Source of the DNA: Octopus bimaculoides
Taxonomy: Eukaryota
DNA length: 64,000 nt
Reading direction: 5' to 3'
NCBI RefSeq assembly: GCF_001194135.2
Contig: NC_068990.1
Location: 86,662,595-86,726,594 of the forward strand
Shown here: piece after piece, positions 41,100 through 53,924 of the stretch
How positions within the stretch are numbered: the stretch's first letter is position 1
How the letters are laid out: every line of letters starts with the position of its first letter
Notes under the pieces: model-generated
Databases searched by the model: none
What the model saw: the letters and a program-made list of their open reading frames with translations, nothing else
Told to the model about the DNA's origin: nothing
Position numbers and translations under genes: made by a program

Positions 41100-41760
41100 G
41101 AATACACAACTCAAGAACCCTTGTCAAATCAGAGAAGTAACTGATTTGCACCAGGTCCATTTTGCATTTCATTCAACAAAACGCGCGCGATTGTGGTGCA
41201 ATTTCTGTATACGGCAACCATCCTTCTGGATGAGAACAACATCACTAAGAACAATCAGGACTTTACCAGTCCTGCTGCTGATAAGACAAGGGGTGTGTAT
41301 AGCAAAGGTGGTAACGACCCCAAACACAACAATCTGAACTACACCTCGCCTGCACCCTCAGTTATATTGTATAATTGTAAATGTCCTTCCCTGTGTCCAT
41401 TAGATAACAAGTGCCTAATGAAGGGCAGTGTTTATCAATGTGTAGTTACTACAAATTAGGATAGATACGTTTACAAAGTTGTTGTTTGAAATTACTTCAA
41501 ATGTAGATACATAATCATAATATAACTTTAAGTTCGAAGCTAAAGCTGGTAGTACATCTTTAAAATAATTTGGAAATTAGAAACGGATTCAGTTGACTAC
41601 AATATAAAATGGTCAGTCGTTCATCGTGTGAAATCCTACACTGATTGTTATAATAGATACTCGTAATGCATTGTGGAAATTATGACGGTATTGTACAGAA
41701 AGGACAACGTTATCACTAGATTTGATGAATTTATTATGAGATATAGATATAAATTTCGCA
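41100..41760 (+). mobile_element. Penelope-like element, decayed GIY-YIG endonuclease region
   Basis: YNCKCPSLCPLDNKCLMKGSVYQCVV (about 41370-41450) matches the Cys-rich linker (CNC...CPLxxKCL...vYqcxV) preceding the Penelope GIY-YIG domain. Downstream sequence is degraded. Confidence 0.7.
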
Positions 41761-42682
41761 GCTCGTTTCACCCTGTAGAGACCCTAATTCCCATTTAGCA
41801 TTGCTAATTAATACTTCCTCGCTAGTTCTTAATGAAAATTTCTTTTAAAAAATCACTTTCCTTTGTAAGGTAACTCATTAGAAGATGTATACACAACACC
41901 CTCCTCTTCTACGCAACACCCACCTCTTCTACAAGACCTAATTTCTACTTTAACATTTCTGTCTTCCTGTCACTCCCTACTTATTTTTAGTAGGTGAACA
42001 TTTCGTAAAGAACCTCGCGTGTAGGTCCGTATGTTCGTACTTTAACTTTATTTAGCGTAATTATCATGTTTTCTGGTAGACTTTTTACCAAATTTTATCA
42101 AACTAGCATACCCTACTCTGGAATCTCCATTACCCCTTTATGTTACTACCAGGTAATGGTTTGGTGCTCCGGCTCGGATTAGTACACTTCCCATACATTT
42201 CGCTTCTGACAGCTAATTTATTACTTTGGTTACTTTCCAATTCCCATGAGTGTCAAGTTTTATCCTAACTCTTTTTACCTATACGTTTTCATGTTTCGTT
42301 TTTCTCTGTCCAACGACCTAAAACATACCTATATGTGGACGTGTGTACTTTTTATCCGTATAAATTTATGCGTCTATAACTATAAGTGTAACATTGTGCA
42401 CCTGTCTCATTTCATTTTTTGTCGCAAGATTTAATATTTCTGCCATTATCGTTATTGTGTGTATTTGTGCATGTGTTTATATATATATATATATATACAC
42501 ACTTGATATCATACCTGTATTTAGATATCGCACAATGATATTCGTTTGTAAAGATATACATCTAAGTGTGTATGTGCCTGTACCTACATTTTATTTTATT
42601 CTGTTCTTAGTATATGTGTGTGCAACGAGTATGTAGATACATATTTCTATATTTTGCCGTGTGTATACCTGAGAATACATAT

Positions 42683-42741
<59 letters not shown>

Positions 42742-43437
42742 ATATATGCATCTGTATATGTTTGCATAGATTTATATAGTTACCTGTATATTATGCTTGG
42801 TATGCATGTGTCTCTATTGCATCTATTTTGTGCGTATGGACAGGTGTATTCATGCATGTATACATGCAATTAACCTACTACCATCAACTTATATTTCTCT
42901 TTATTCTTTTTCTTTTCTCTTTTCCATTTTCCAGTTCTTTCCTCGTTCCTCTTTTACTGTATATGAGCTCTTATTACACATATTCGTCTATTCTAAGCAA
43001 TAAACATCCCATTTCCGGCGCAACGACTCTCCATCATTGACGGCACGTAGACATAAATAAAACTATAATTCACAGCTGTCAATACAGTAGTTTAAGTATG
43101 CAGATAACGAAATGGAACCACACCCCTAAAGTAATCGCTGAGTAAAGTACGGTACTGGTTATTTACCAGTTCCAACCTACACACCCACTTTTTATATTTT
43201 TTCCGGTAGTCCGACTTTCCTTTCCACTCTCCATTACTGTATATTATTTTCAACTAATAACTCTTATGTACTCGATGAAAAAGTACACCAGACGGCTACA
43301 AGACATTCGTAATATTATTATCTAAGGTGCATCGAATGTGCTTTTGAAATAGCTGCACCACTCGACTACGTCTTCCATTCCTTTTATGAAGAATATATTT
43401 TATATTTGTATCTATATGTGTATCTATACGTATGTAC

Positions 43438-43479
<42 letters not shown>

Positions 43480-43621
43480 NNNNNNNNNNNNNNNNNNNNN
43501 NNNNNNNNNNNNNNNNNNNNNNNNNNNNNNNNNNNNNNNNNNNNNNNNNNNNNNNNNNNNNNNNNNNNNNNNNNNNNNNNNNNNNNNNNNNNNNNNNNNN
43601 NNNNNNNNNNNNNNNNNNNNN

Positions 43622-43699
43622 GAAGAAGAAGAAGAAGAAGAAGAAGAAGAAGAAGAAGAAGAAGAAGAAGAAGAAGAAGAAGAAGAAGAAGAAGAAGAA
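43622..43699. repeat. (GAA)n microsatellite
   Basis: Directly visible. Confidence 0.97.
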
Positions 43700-45469
43700 A
43701 ACTTTTTTATAGTGTACAAAATAGTATATTGGTAATATAAATAAAGTTGGTCATAAGAAATGAAATTTCTCAAATTTATATATACAAAAGTGCAGGATCT
43801 TCAGTTTCTGCAAGAAAATGAAATGCAATAAAAAAGATGAAATGCTTTACTCTATTTCATTTCATTCTAATAAGTTCATGTATTTCAATAAGAAATATCG
43901 ACGCTTCTTTCTGTGAACTATTGTTTCAACGTTCGCATGTCATACATTCAGTTGTACAGGAGATCGATGACTTGCACAAAGGATAGCTTTCCTTGTAAAA
44001 ATATTTAAGCAATAACCATAGCGCTTTCTTGCGACAAACTCAATAAACCTTGGTAGATATCGTTAAATCCGATGGAATAATCTTTACATCCACACCAAAT
44101 CCGGAATGAAGTTATATAGGCTGAAGAAGAATATATGTTTCGGGAAAGTTTCTGTTTGTCTTGTATGTTTAAACTCATAGTTACAATAACACAAGTACGT
44201 TAGAAGAAAGATGCAGAGTGGGTATGTATTATTGGGCTGCAACTTATTTATCGGCCTCAATACAATTTTGAACTAAAAAGGAAAACTAAGAAGTTACGTA
44301 AGATAGTCAATTTTATCGGTAGTTTTACAGATTCTGCATTTTGCCATTGAACAGCTCATAACGTTATTACTAATTCTTAATAATAATCTATTCTACAGGA
44401 GTAACTTTGATTTTCATGTCATGATTCATAATAGGGTTATCAAACAAATATTTGCTCATATCGATGTTGTATCACATCTTCTTTACACAAGTTACAATGC
44501 TCCGTTATTGTCCATTTATGTGACCGTTCGAATATCCTTGAGACAATTCAAACGAACAGCCACATTATTTGCCCGTCAGATACTACTTCAGTTGTTACAT
44601 ACGGTTCTTGCGCAGCGAAAGATTATTCTTGAAAGTATAAAATAATATAACTTTAGATAATCGGATTAAAATTATTTCCTGATCTTTGTCAGATAATCTT
44701 TTGTTAACATAGATAGCATTCTGATTAAAGTCCTGAAGTCCATTACTTTTATTTACAGATTTAAACTGTCTCTTCTCTTTCTGTGACAGCCTCTACGTGT
44801 TTGCCTGATCTGCTAGAAATAGAAGCCATGTTTCCTAAACCACATTTTGTCGTTTAATTATAGAATGACACAGACAATATAATCATTAATAAGACTGGAT
44901 GCTTATGACTGGAGTGTCTTTGACGACAGGTCAGTGATCAGGGCTGATTTAGGGGTTAAACATCCATACATACAAACTATATATGCATATATGTGTGTGT
45001 GTGTGTGTGTGTGTGTCACAATCACCTTCTGATTCTAGCAGAAATGAATTAAACAGAAGAAACTGATGGAGATTTGACCGTAGAAGGAAATCCCCGTTCT
45101 CCCTAGTTTCAAGCTCGTTCGCCATATTTCCTTTATTGTCACAGCTACCAAGCAGAGGATAGTACCATCCTCACTTGTGTATCTCAAGAAGACTTCACAG
45201 TGATCTTCGTAATGAACTCCATCAACAATCAGATTCGTCCCTCACCCGCAGTGTCTCTTTGCGGAAGCGCAGGTCCTGAGCTCAATCAATTCTTTATCAG
45301 ATACCACACCTTGGACAATTTAAGCTTATACTTGCCATCTGAATTAAACTCTAACTCGGGGGAGAATCATTAGAGATTAGTAAATAAACAAAATATTGAA
45401 CTCTGTTCCGGTGGATTTTATGTCTTCTGTACAATTACTTTATCATTACATGAATGTCCGATAGGGTCT

Positions 45470-45665
45470 GATTGAATTCGAAGAAAAGGCTTAGTGGTAT
45501 TTTTCCAGCGTTTTACGTTCTGAGTTCATATCTCGTCGAGGTCAACTTTGCTTTCCATCTTTTCTGGTCGATAAAGTAAGTACCAGTCAAGTGCTGTAGT
45601 TTATATAATCGACTTTGACCCACCGTCTCTCAAAATTTCTGGCCTTGTGCCAAAATTTGAAAGAA
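45470..45665 (+). mobile_element. SINE family B copy
   Basis: TTACGTTCTGAGTTCA...GAGGTCAACTTTGCTTTCCATC...GTCGATAAAGTAAGTACCAG...GGCCTTGTGCCAAAATTTGAAA. Confidence 0.82.
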
Positions 45666-45891
45666 TTGTAGTTACTGGTTGTTTATTAACAACGAATACG
45701 AAAATAACTGCCGTAATTTACTGCGTCTGCAGAAATTACAGAGAATCTTCAGTTCTTCTGCAAATTTTTAAGGCCTCAAAATTATGAGATACAAATTTAC
45801 AAGTTGGTTCCGCTTGAGATTCATTAAGATGCAATAAAATTTTTAAAAAATGTAATAAACAAATATAAAACCTAAAATACTTCTTTGTTGC

Positions 45892-45896
<5 letters not shown>

Positions 45897-45970
<74 letters not shown>

Positions 45971-46001
45971 AAGAGAGAGGGGGAGAAAGAGCGGGAGAGA
46001 G
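45897..46001. repeat. (GA)n microsatellite
   Basis: Directly visible. Confidence 0.97.
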
Positions 46002-46344
46002 AGAAAATGTGTATGTGGATGGAAAAATTTATGTACTAGAGGGGAGAGAAGTCTTAATAAATATTTATTTTACATTTTTTTCTATTGTTCTCAAGAAAAG
46101 GTTACTTTTTGAAAATTTTGTTGTAATTTACATAATTACTCTGTGTTAATTGCTTTGCTAATCAGCAATTTTTCGAATGTCATTTAGGTTATGAAGTATT
46201 ATTCCATTTCTCTGTCAGGAGCAAAACGAACAAATTTAAGAACGGGTTATATCGTATATGAACTTCACGTCATCTTGAAAATGTATGTCCCAATGTAAAA
46301 TCGCAATCGCAGCTCTTAATACAACAAACTGTAGGCTACAATTT

Positions 46345-46388
<44 letters not shown>

Positions 46389-46580
46389 GTAGTATATTGC
46401 CACTTAAGTGTGNNNNNNNNNNNNNNNNNNNNNNNNNNNNNNNNNNNNNNNNNNNNNNNNNNNNNNNNNNNNNNNNNNNNNNNNNNNNNNNNNNNNNNNN
46501 NNNNNNNNNNNNNNNNNNNNNNNNNNNNNNNNNNNNNNNNNNNNNNNNNNNNNNNNNNNNNNNNNNNNNNNNNNNNNNNN

Positions 46581-46620
<40 letters not shown>

Positions 46621-47236
46621 TGCATACATACATGTATATATAGGAGTATATAATGTGTGTATATATATATGTATGATATATAAGTAGATAATGTATGTAT
46701 ATGTATACATAAATGTATGCATATATATATATATATATATATATTCATACATACATACATGCACACGTACATACATGCATGCATACATACATATATATTT
46801 ATTTATTTATTCATAAAAAACTGTTTCCTAGACCTGCCATGAATGATTAGCAGTATACCTGAAAGGAACAAAGTATAACAGAAAAAATATAAATCAGAAA
46901 AATAGTGACAATACTATCGAATAAGAAAAACAAAAAAACTGTTAAATAAATACTGAAAAATAAATATGAAAGTTAAAAAAAGAATATTAAGAAGAACGTT
47001 CCAAGAGGAAATTGATTCTGAGAGCATGTTTAAGCTAAACATGAATATTGTATTGCCGAAAACCTAAAACGAGACACTGGAATTAACTTCTATGCTTTCA
47101 GAAAAAATATTGGAAGAATGAACGAAGAGAAAAAACCCCCAGATAAATTGGAAATAAGTAGAAGAGTGAAAATTATCATGTAAACAAAATATTATCATAG
47201 ATGACACTACTGCTTCTGCTGCTGCTGCTGCTGCTG

Positions 47237-47307
<71 letters not shown>

Positions 47308-47319
47308 AGTATTTGTTTC

Positions 47320-47900
47320 TCAAATAGGCACAAGCCCTGAAATTTTGGTGGGTTGAGAATTGTCGATTATATCGTTTCGACTATAGGTACAAGGGCTGAA
47401 ATTTAGTGGAAGAGGCTGGTCGATCACATCGACCCAAGTACTCGACTGGTACTCATATTTATCCATCTTGAAAAGATTCAAGGGGATCGACCTCTATGGA
47501 ATTTGAACTGAGAAATAAGAAACGGACGGAATGCCGCTCAGCATTTTGTCGGGCATGGTAGCAATACTGCCAACTCAGCGCCTTTGAACTGCTGGTTATA
47601 TCGACTCCAGTATTTGACTGATACTGTTTTATCGACTGCGGAGAGATGAAATAGCTACTCAGCCTCTGATGGATTTGAACTCAGAACCTATAGAGCCGGC
47701 ATAAACACCACAAGGCATTTTTCCGATAGTCAAACATTTTTTCCAATCCGTTGCCTTCAGTAATTGTTTGTGACATAGTCACATGACCTGAACTATGGGA
47801 GGAAAGATTAGTCGATCCTGCGAATGACCGGCATTTTCTGGTTTCGACCTTGAAGAGGTAAAAGACAGGATTTGATCTTGGAACGTAAAAAATTTATTGA
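47320..47900 (-). mobile_element. Cluster of 3-4 diverged same-orientation SINE family B pieces
   Basis: Repeated minus-strand GGTAC/TCGAC central-domain and ATTTGAACT B-box remnants at about 47330-47585, 47590-47750 and 47790-47900. Confidence 0.7.
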
Positions 47901-49008
47901 AAAAACACAAGACAGTTTGTCTGCCGTTTGAATGATGATCCATTTATAATGGAGAAAGTAGCAATTAAAATATTTTTACATTTCTATGTCGCCATAATTA
48001 CTGGATTTTCATGTTTAAACTCGAATGAATATAATAAAAACATTAATAACTCAAATTTGAATACCTCTTCATTAAAACATATTTTTTATTACGTATTCGG
48101 AATACTTGAACAAATCTGTAATGGAACCGTTGATTGGCGAAAAGTACTAAAATGTCTTGTAAGAGGGGATGGCCTTTCCATTCTAACAGCAACGCCCATG
48201 ACAGCACTACTATCAAGCGGTACTGGTGCTTACCTTTCACTTGGAAGATCAAGAGGTTTATACACGGCCAACGCTGTTAACCCAGAAATAAACCTTTCCC
48301 AGTCCTGCATCTTCCAAATGAAAATCTGACAAATGGATGGCCGTGAAAGGGTGATATAATGGAGATTTGGTTGTTATTTCTAACATATCGAGTAACTACA
48401 CACAGGCTACTTTCCTTGGTTCAGCAGATGTAAAATATATATGAATTACGGTTCGTAGAGTTTCACAGTTATATGAAGAATCGTTAATTTATAGCACGAT
48501 CAGCACATTTCCATACTTCTTTCACTATATCATCGCTACTATTCTATGAACTTCAGAAAATATTGTTAAATCATTTGATAATTTCCAATAATGGCTTGAA
48601 AGTAAAAAAAAAAGACAAACAGCGGACATAATTACTGATTTATGTTTAGTTTATTATAAAACACCGATTTACAAATGTCGACGTTGTTGTACACACATTT
48701 CAATGGCCCTGTAATTTCAATAGCAGCAACACCTATCGTTAATAATGAAATAAACCATAAGAGCCAAAAAAAAAATAATAACAAGCCTACCATAACTTAT
48801 ATTAATGAACGAAGCTGCTTATCCAAAACTGTCCTCAGTTTGTGTGTCGCCCTGTGAGCTTATCTTTAATTATCTTAAAAACGAATGACTAGACAAGACA
48901 GCGAAGTTGTTACTAGAATACAAGAAAATAACACCTAAGTAACATGGCTATTATAAAAGGATGTGAAAGGAAGAAGAGATAGTAAAAAAGAACGACGAGA
49001 AGGAAGAA

Positions 49009-49040
<32 letters not shown>

Positions 49041-50540
49041 AGAAGAAGAAGAAGAAGAAGAAGAAGAAGAAGAAGATGATGAAGAAGAAACGCAAACGTT
49101 ACTAAATAGCGCTGTGGCTTCTAATTTGGCAAGTTATAACGATTTCTCTTTTCCTGAAAAGTAATGCTTTATCAGTATTCTTTGCTGAGGTCGACCACAC
49201 CACACCACATCATATCACACTACGGACAGTACACACACACNNNNNNNNNNNNNNNNNNNNNNNNNNNNNNNNNNNNNNNNNNNNNNNNNNNNNNNNNNNN
49301 NNNNNNNNNNNNNNNNNNNNNNNNNNNNNNNNNNNNNNNNNNNNNNNNNNNNNNNNNNNNNNNNNNNNNNNNNNNNNNNNNNNNNNNNNNNNNNNNNNNN
49401 NNNNNNNNNNNNNNNNNNNNNNNNNNNNNNNNNNNNNNNNNNNNNNNNNNNNNNNNNNNNNNNNNNNNNNNNNNNNNNNNNNNNNNNNNNNNNNNNNNNN
49501 NNNNNNNNNNNNNNNNNNNNNNNNNNNNNNNNNNNNNNNNNNNNNNNNNNNNNNNNNNNNNNNNNNNNNNNNNNNNNNNNNNNNNNNNNNNNNNNNNNNN
49601 NNNNNNNNNNNNNNNNNNNNNNNNNNNNNNNNNNNNNNNNNNNNNNNNNNNNNNNNNNNTATATATATATATATACATACATATATATATACACATACAT
49701 ACATATATATATATATATATAATACATATATATAGACGTATGCATATGTTGTCTCAAAAAGACATCCAGCAGACTTACACATACTATCAGCAACAGCACC
49801 AGCGCCAAAACACCGCCAACGACAACCACTCCTACACACGTTGCACACAGTTGATCGAACTCTATAATACTGAAAATCATAAATAGGCACCGTGTTTAGA
49901 TTTCTTTCAGACAAGTTGAACGAAATGATATTTATATCCCTTGACAGGTTAGAACCTTCTAATAGTAAAGTCTTGAGATAGTACAGGGAAAGTGGCTGTC
50001 AAACTCAACTAAAGATAACTTGCTAACATATACTATGTTTTTCCTGATTAATACTCCTACCTATGTAATCTCGAGCAGGCAATTTTTCTTAAGTTTGGTG
50101 AGGTCGAATCACACCAAAATGAATGAGTAAATATAAATGACGAGAAAGAAATTTAGAATTGTTTGTAATCAGAGTGGCTGTTGAAGAAGGAAACATCGAT
50201 GATTCTTCCCCTTGATCAGTATACAGTATTGTGCCTTTGGTAGAGTCACTATAAGCTTTTCAATGAAATAGTCGCCTTGTATGGCAAGGAGGAGAAACAC
50301 GATTGGAAATGACTCGGTGAGTGTACCAGATGTGTGGAAAACAAAATGTAACGAGATAAAGCTAATAATAAACGGCAATAAATAACAATCAAACGTTAAA
50401 AAGGATTGAATGTTAATGAAACACCAGAAATTTCACGTTTCACAAGTCCAATTTCGGTGAACTCACGAATACATATATGCGTACGGACATATATATACAC
50501 ATACATAAATACGTAGTACGTACATACATACATACATACG

Positions 50541-50579
<39 letters not shown>

Positions 50580-51048
50580 NNNNNNNNNNNNNNNNNNNNN
50601 NNNNNNNNNNNNNNNNNNNNNNNNNNNNNNNNNNNNNNNNNNNNNNNNNNNNNNNNNNNNNNNNNNNNNNNNNNNNNNNNNNNNNNNNNNNNNNNNNNNN
50701 NNNNNNNNNNNNNNNNNNNNNNNNNNNNNNNNNNNNNNNNNNNNNNNNNNNNNNNNNNNNNNNNNNNNNNNNNNNNNNNNNNNNNNNNNNNNNNNNNNNN
50801 NNNNNNNNNNNNNNNNNNNNNNNNNNNNNNNNNNNNNNNNNNNNNNNNNNNNNNNNNNNNNNNNNNNNNNNNNNNNNNNNNNNNNNNNNNNNNNNNNNNN
50901 NNNNNNNNNNNNNNNNNNNNNNNNNNNNNNNNNNNNNNNNNNNNNNNNNNNNNNNNNNNNNNNNNNNNNNNNNNNNNNNNNNNNNNNNNNNNNNNNNNNN
51001 NNNNNNNNNNNNNNNNNNNNNNNNNNNNNNNNNNNNNNNNNNNNNNNN

Positions 51049-51089
<41 letters not shown>

Positions 51090-51194
51090 CTGTGAGTATG
51101 TAGGGTTTTGTTTATATCTCGATGACTTTTGTACAAAAGAGATGCAATGTTGTCCTCGATGTACTAACAAATAGGTTCGTCATGGCTTGAATAT

Positions 51195-51200
51195 TTTAAT
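51195..51200 (-). promoter_or_regulatory. Candidate polyadenylation signal (ATTAAA) for the SLC6 transcript
   Basis: ATTAAA on the minus strand about 145 nt after the stop. The hexamer is common in AT-rich DNA, so support is weak. Confidence 0.3.
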
Positions 51201-51342
51201 CATATGTTTGTTTGTTTGGTGAGCTCACCTGATGTAAAACAACAACAACAACAACAACAACAACAATCTCAGTGATACCCTCATGAATATCACTATCTTC
51301 TCTGCCATATATCTCTGTTACGTTGACGTTCGAATTTGTTGA

Positions 51343-51489
51343 CTACAAGTTACTGAAAGCTATGTTCTGAACTCCTTGAAGATTACTTTTCTTAACAGTT
51401 GACGGGTCGACTACCTTGGCCTGCCTGCTTATTGCGGAATCCGGAGAAGGTCCCCAGTCAGCTGCTGGGGTTACAATGGCTTTCAATGA
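51343..51489 (-). CDS. SLC6 transporter, terminal coding exon (cytoplasmic C-terminus)
   Basis: Acceptor TTTTTTTCGTATTTTGCAG|TCA, phase 0, compatible with the 58157 donor. Translates SLKAIVTPAADWGPSPDSAISRQAKVVDPSTVKKSNLQGVQNIAFSNL*. P-x-x-DWGP is the C-tail motif of SLC6 amino-acid transporters (GlyT2 has FIE|RLK...SPQPDWGP, from memory). TAG at 51345-51343. Confidence 0.9.
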   Translation of the reverse strand, partial: SLKAIVTPAADWGPSPDSAISRQAKVVDPSTVKKSNLQGVQNIAFSNL

Positions 51490-51849
51490 CTGCAAAATAC
51501 GAAAAAAAGAACAATTATTAAACACAAGAAAAGAAAAATATATTTAAAATAAAAAAATGTCAACAATATAACACGACCACTTTTTGTATGAAATGGCTAC
51601 ATAATTGATTGAATTGTTCCAGTGCATCACTGGTACCTGCTTTGTGTTTTATAGAATTTCTTGGTTACCGGCGAGTCGAAGGAATAGGGGACTTTAAAAG
51701 AATTTGGAAGAAAACATGTAACGAGAAAGTTGAAAATCAATTCTACGAACTCTAAGTCTGTAGAGCTAGGAGAATCTTCGATCGACCAGTTGTAGATTCT
51801 ACACTCAACCGGATCCACGTCGTCAGCTGTGTCACCATTCTCGTAATTT

Positions 51850-52330
51850 TTAGGTCTACACCTACGGATCAAATGCGTTCACTCCTCCCCCTTCGACTGT
51901 CCACATTCACATCAAAACACAGTGAATAGACATTTCAAAGTTACTCTTGTCTAATTCATTGCATATGTCAAATCTGTTCTCACATCAATTGCGCCAATTG
52001 CACCACAAGAACTACCGCCCATAAATCCCAAAACAAAACCATCTAAAATTTTAACTGTATTTCCACCAACTTTATACACTCTACTACATGCACGTTCTGC
52101 GATATGTCCGATATATTGGTAAAACAGACTGTCACTTGGGAGTTCCCTTCCGCGACAACCGTCACTTCGTGTTCTAACGCACACCAGAACTCATAGCTCA
52201 CTATTTCAAAACACCTGACAACTCCATTAACAACTTGTCGGTATCCGGTAATTCTGCAAACTCGATATGGCCATCACCATCTACCACTTCAGGAAATATA
52301 AAGTACAACACATTGTCTTCAGGTACCTGT
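51850..52330 (+). mobile_element. Penelope-like element, decayed GIY-YIG endonuclease, antisense in the last SLC6 intron
   Basis: Frameshifted plus-strand pieces FNCISTNFIHSTTCTFC, then YIGKTDCHLGVPFRDN, then ELIAHYFKTPDNSINNLSVSG match the PLE consensus FTCxSxNvIYcIxCxxC..YIGET.R.L..RF.EH...VAxHF....Hs...l.v.G. This explains the three minus-strand shadow ORFs at 51627-52389. Confidence 0.8.
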
Positions 52331-53649
52331 AAGCATGCACGTATATTTGTTTGTGTGACTATTCGGACAAGCAGGTTAGTTTCCACCAATCATATGTGTG
52401 GATAGATCCACATATTTTTGTGTGTAAGTGTGGAAATATTCGAGTTAACAGGTTAATTTCAAATATGTTTATGTAGAGACACGAATGTTTTCAGCATTAT
52501 TGAAAAATTGTTAACATAGCCCCAGCTGAAACCCAAACATCTTTCACTAAGCAAATATCAACTCCTTTCGTCTCATTTTTACTTTCTTTTCACCACCGAC
52601 ACCACTTTTACCTAATATGTCTTCGATTCCGTCTCCTGCCACTTTTATTTCATAGATTCTTAAAAAAAATAAAGAAGCATTCTTTATACTATTTTCACGC
52701 AATTCTTTATTATTTCCATTCTTCTAATGTAAGCCAAGAAAAAAGTTTCGAACTCTCTGAAGAGGGATTTTTCTGAAAAGTTTTAAACTCTTCTTCTAAC
52801 GATATACGATATTAAAAATATATTTATAGCTTGCCAATAAAACAAAAGCTTGCCACCCTGACAGCCATTAGTTTCCTTGGATTCTGTTATTTCTATCTGA
52901 TATTATATTTAACCATAGATTCAATGAGGAATACATGTTTACATATAAACAAAGCGAATCAATATAAAGTGTATGTACTGTGAAAGAAATCTCTATATCT
53001 CAATATATCGATTTTTACTGATGTAACGATTATTAACTAGGTTATCGGAGATTCAGGGATGACGTGATTGGTAGCACATTTAACGCATAACAAACTGCAA
53101 CACGTAGCTATAGATACATTGCTGTTGTTGAATCGCCCGAGGTCTGACCCGACCAAGTGGACATATAATAGAAGGCATTTGATCAAACCGTCATTTTTCA
53201 GCCATCTTATTTTGGTCGCTATTATAGAACGCGTTCAATTATATATGATATGAGACGTTGCACATTGAGCAAACTATAGGCGGGACATTATCAATGACCA
53301 GACTATAAACGGCTACCTTTACTGGTGAAGCTCAACAGTTCTAAACAGTAACACCAGTGCATAGTATTGATTTACCATATCTTTATCAGTATTATTTCAG
53401 TGACTTGGTAGAATCGTTAAAACTTTTAATAAAGTACCTGTGAACATTTATTTTCTCTTCTAGAATCGTTCTGTAACCAATTTTACCTTCCGAAGTAATA
53501 CAGTCAGTATAATCAACTATCAAATAAGTCATTCTTATTGCTTATCTCTCGTTAAGGTATATGAATTCCCTTCCTTTTAGCAATAATTTTTTCTCTTCCT
53601 TCTGTCTTGGGCATTCGGTGGCTCATTGCTTCCGTACGGGATTAAATAT

Positions 53650-53693
53650 TTCTTCTTCTTCTTCTTCTTCTTCTTCTTCTTCTTCTTCTTCTT

Positions 53694-53780
<87 letters not shown>

Positions 53781-53800
53781 TATTATTATTATTTTATTAT
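53650..53800. repeat. (TTC)n(TTA)n compound microsatellite
   Basis: Directly visible. Confidence 0.97.
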
Positions 53801-53802
53801 TA

Positions 53803-53924
53803 AGCCCGGTACTTATTTTATTGGCCCCTTTTGCCGAACCGCTAAGTTACGGGGACGTAAACGCACCAGCATCGATTGACAAGCGAGGTTGGGCGGGGGA
53901 CAAACACAGAAACACAAATACACA
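53803..53924 (-). mobile_element. SINE family A partial, running into an assembly gap
   Basis: CTTTTGCCGAACCGCTAAGTTACGGGGACGTAAAC...GGGGGACAAACACAGA. Confidence 0.85.

Noticed and set aside
44121-44152. CTGAAGA...GAAA hammerhead-like spacing
   Set aside because: Extra GG before GAAA and no stem I or III; not supportable.
45140-45372. About 75-codon open frame after a good acceptor (TTTATTGTCACAG)
   Set aside because: No recognisable homology, no strong donor and no partner exons.
47928-48329. 133-aa plus-strand ORF
   Set aside because: Low-complexity AT-rich N-terminal half, no recognisable domain; overlaps a SINE edge and an antisense exon candidate.
51627-52389. Three protein-looking minus-strand ORFs (possible pseudogene or readthrough gene)
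   Set aside because: The plus strand carries recognisable Penelope GIY-YIG motifs, so these are antisense shadows.
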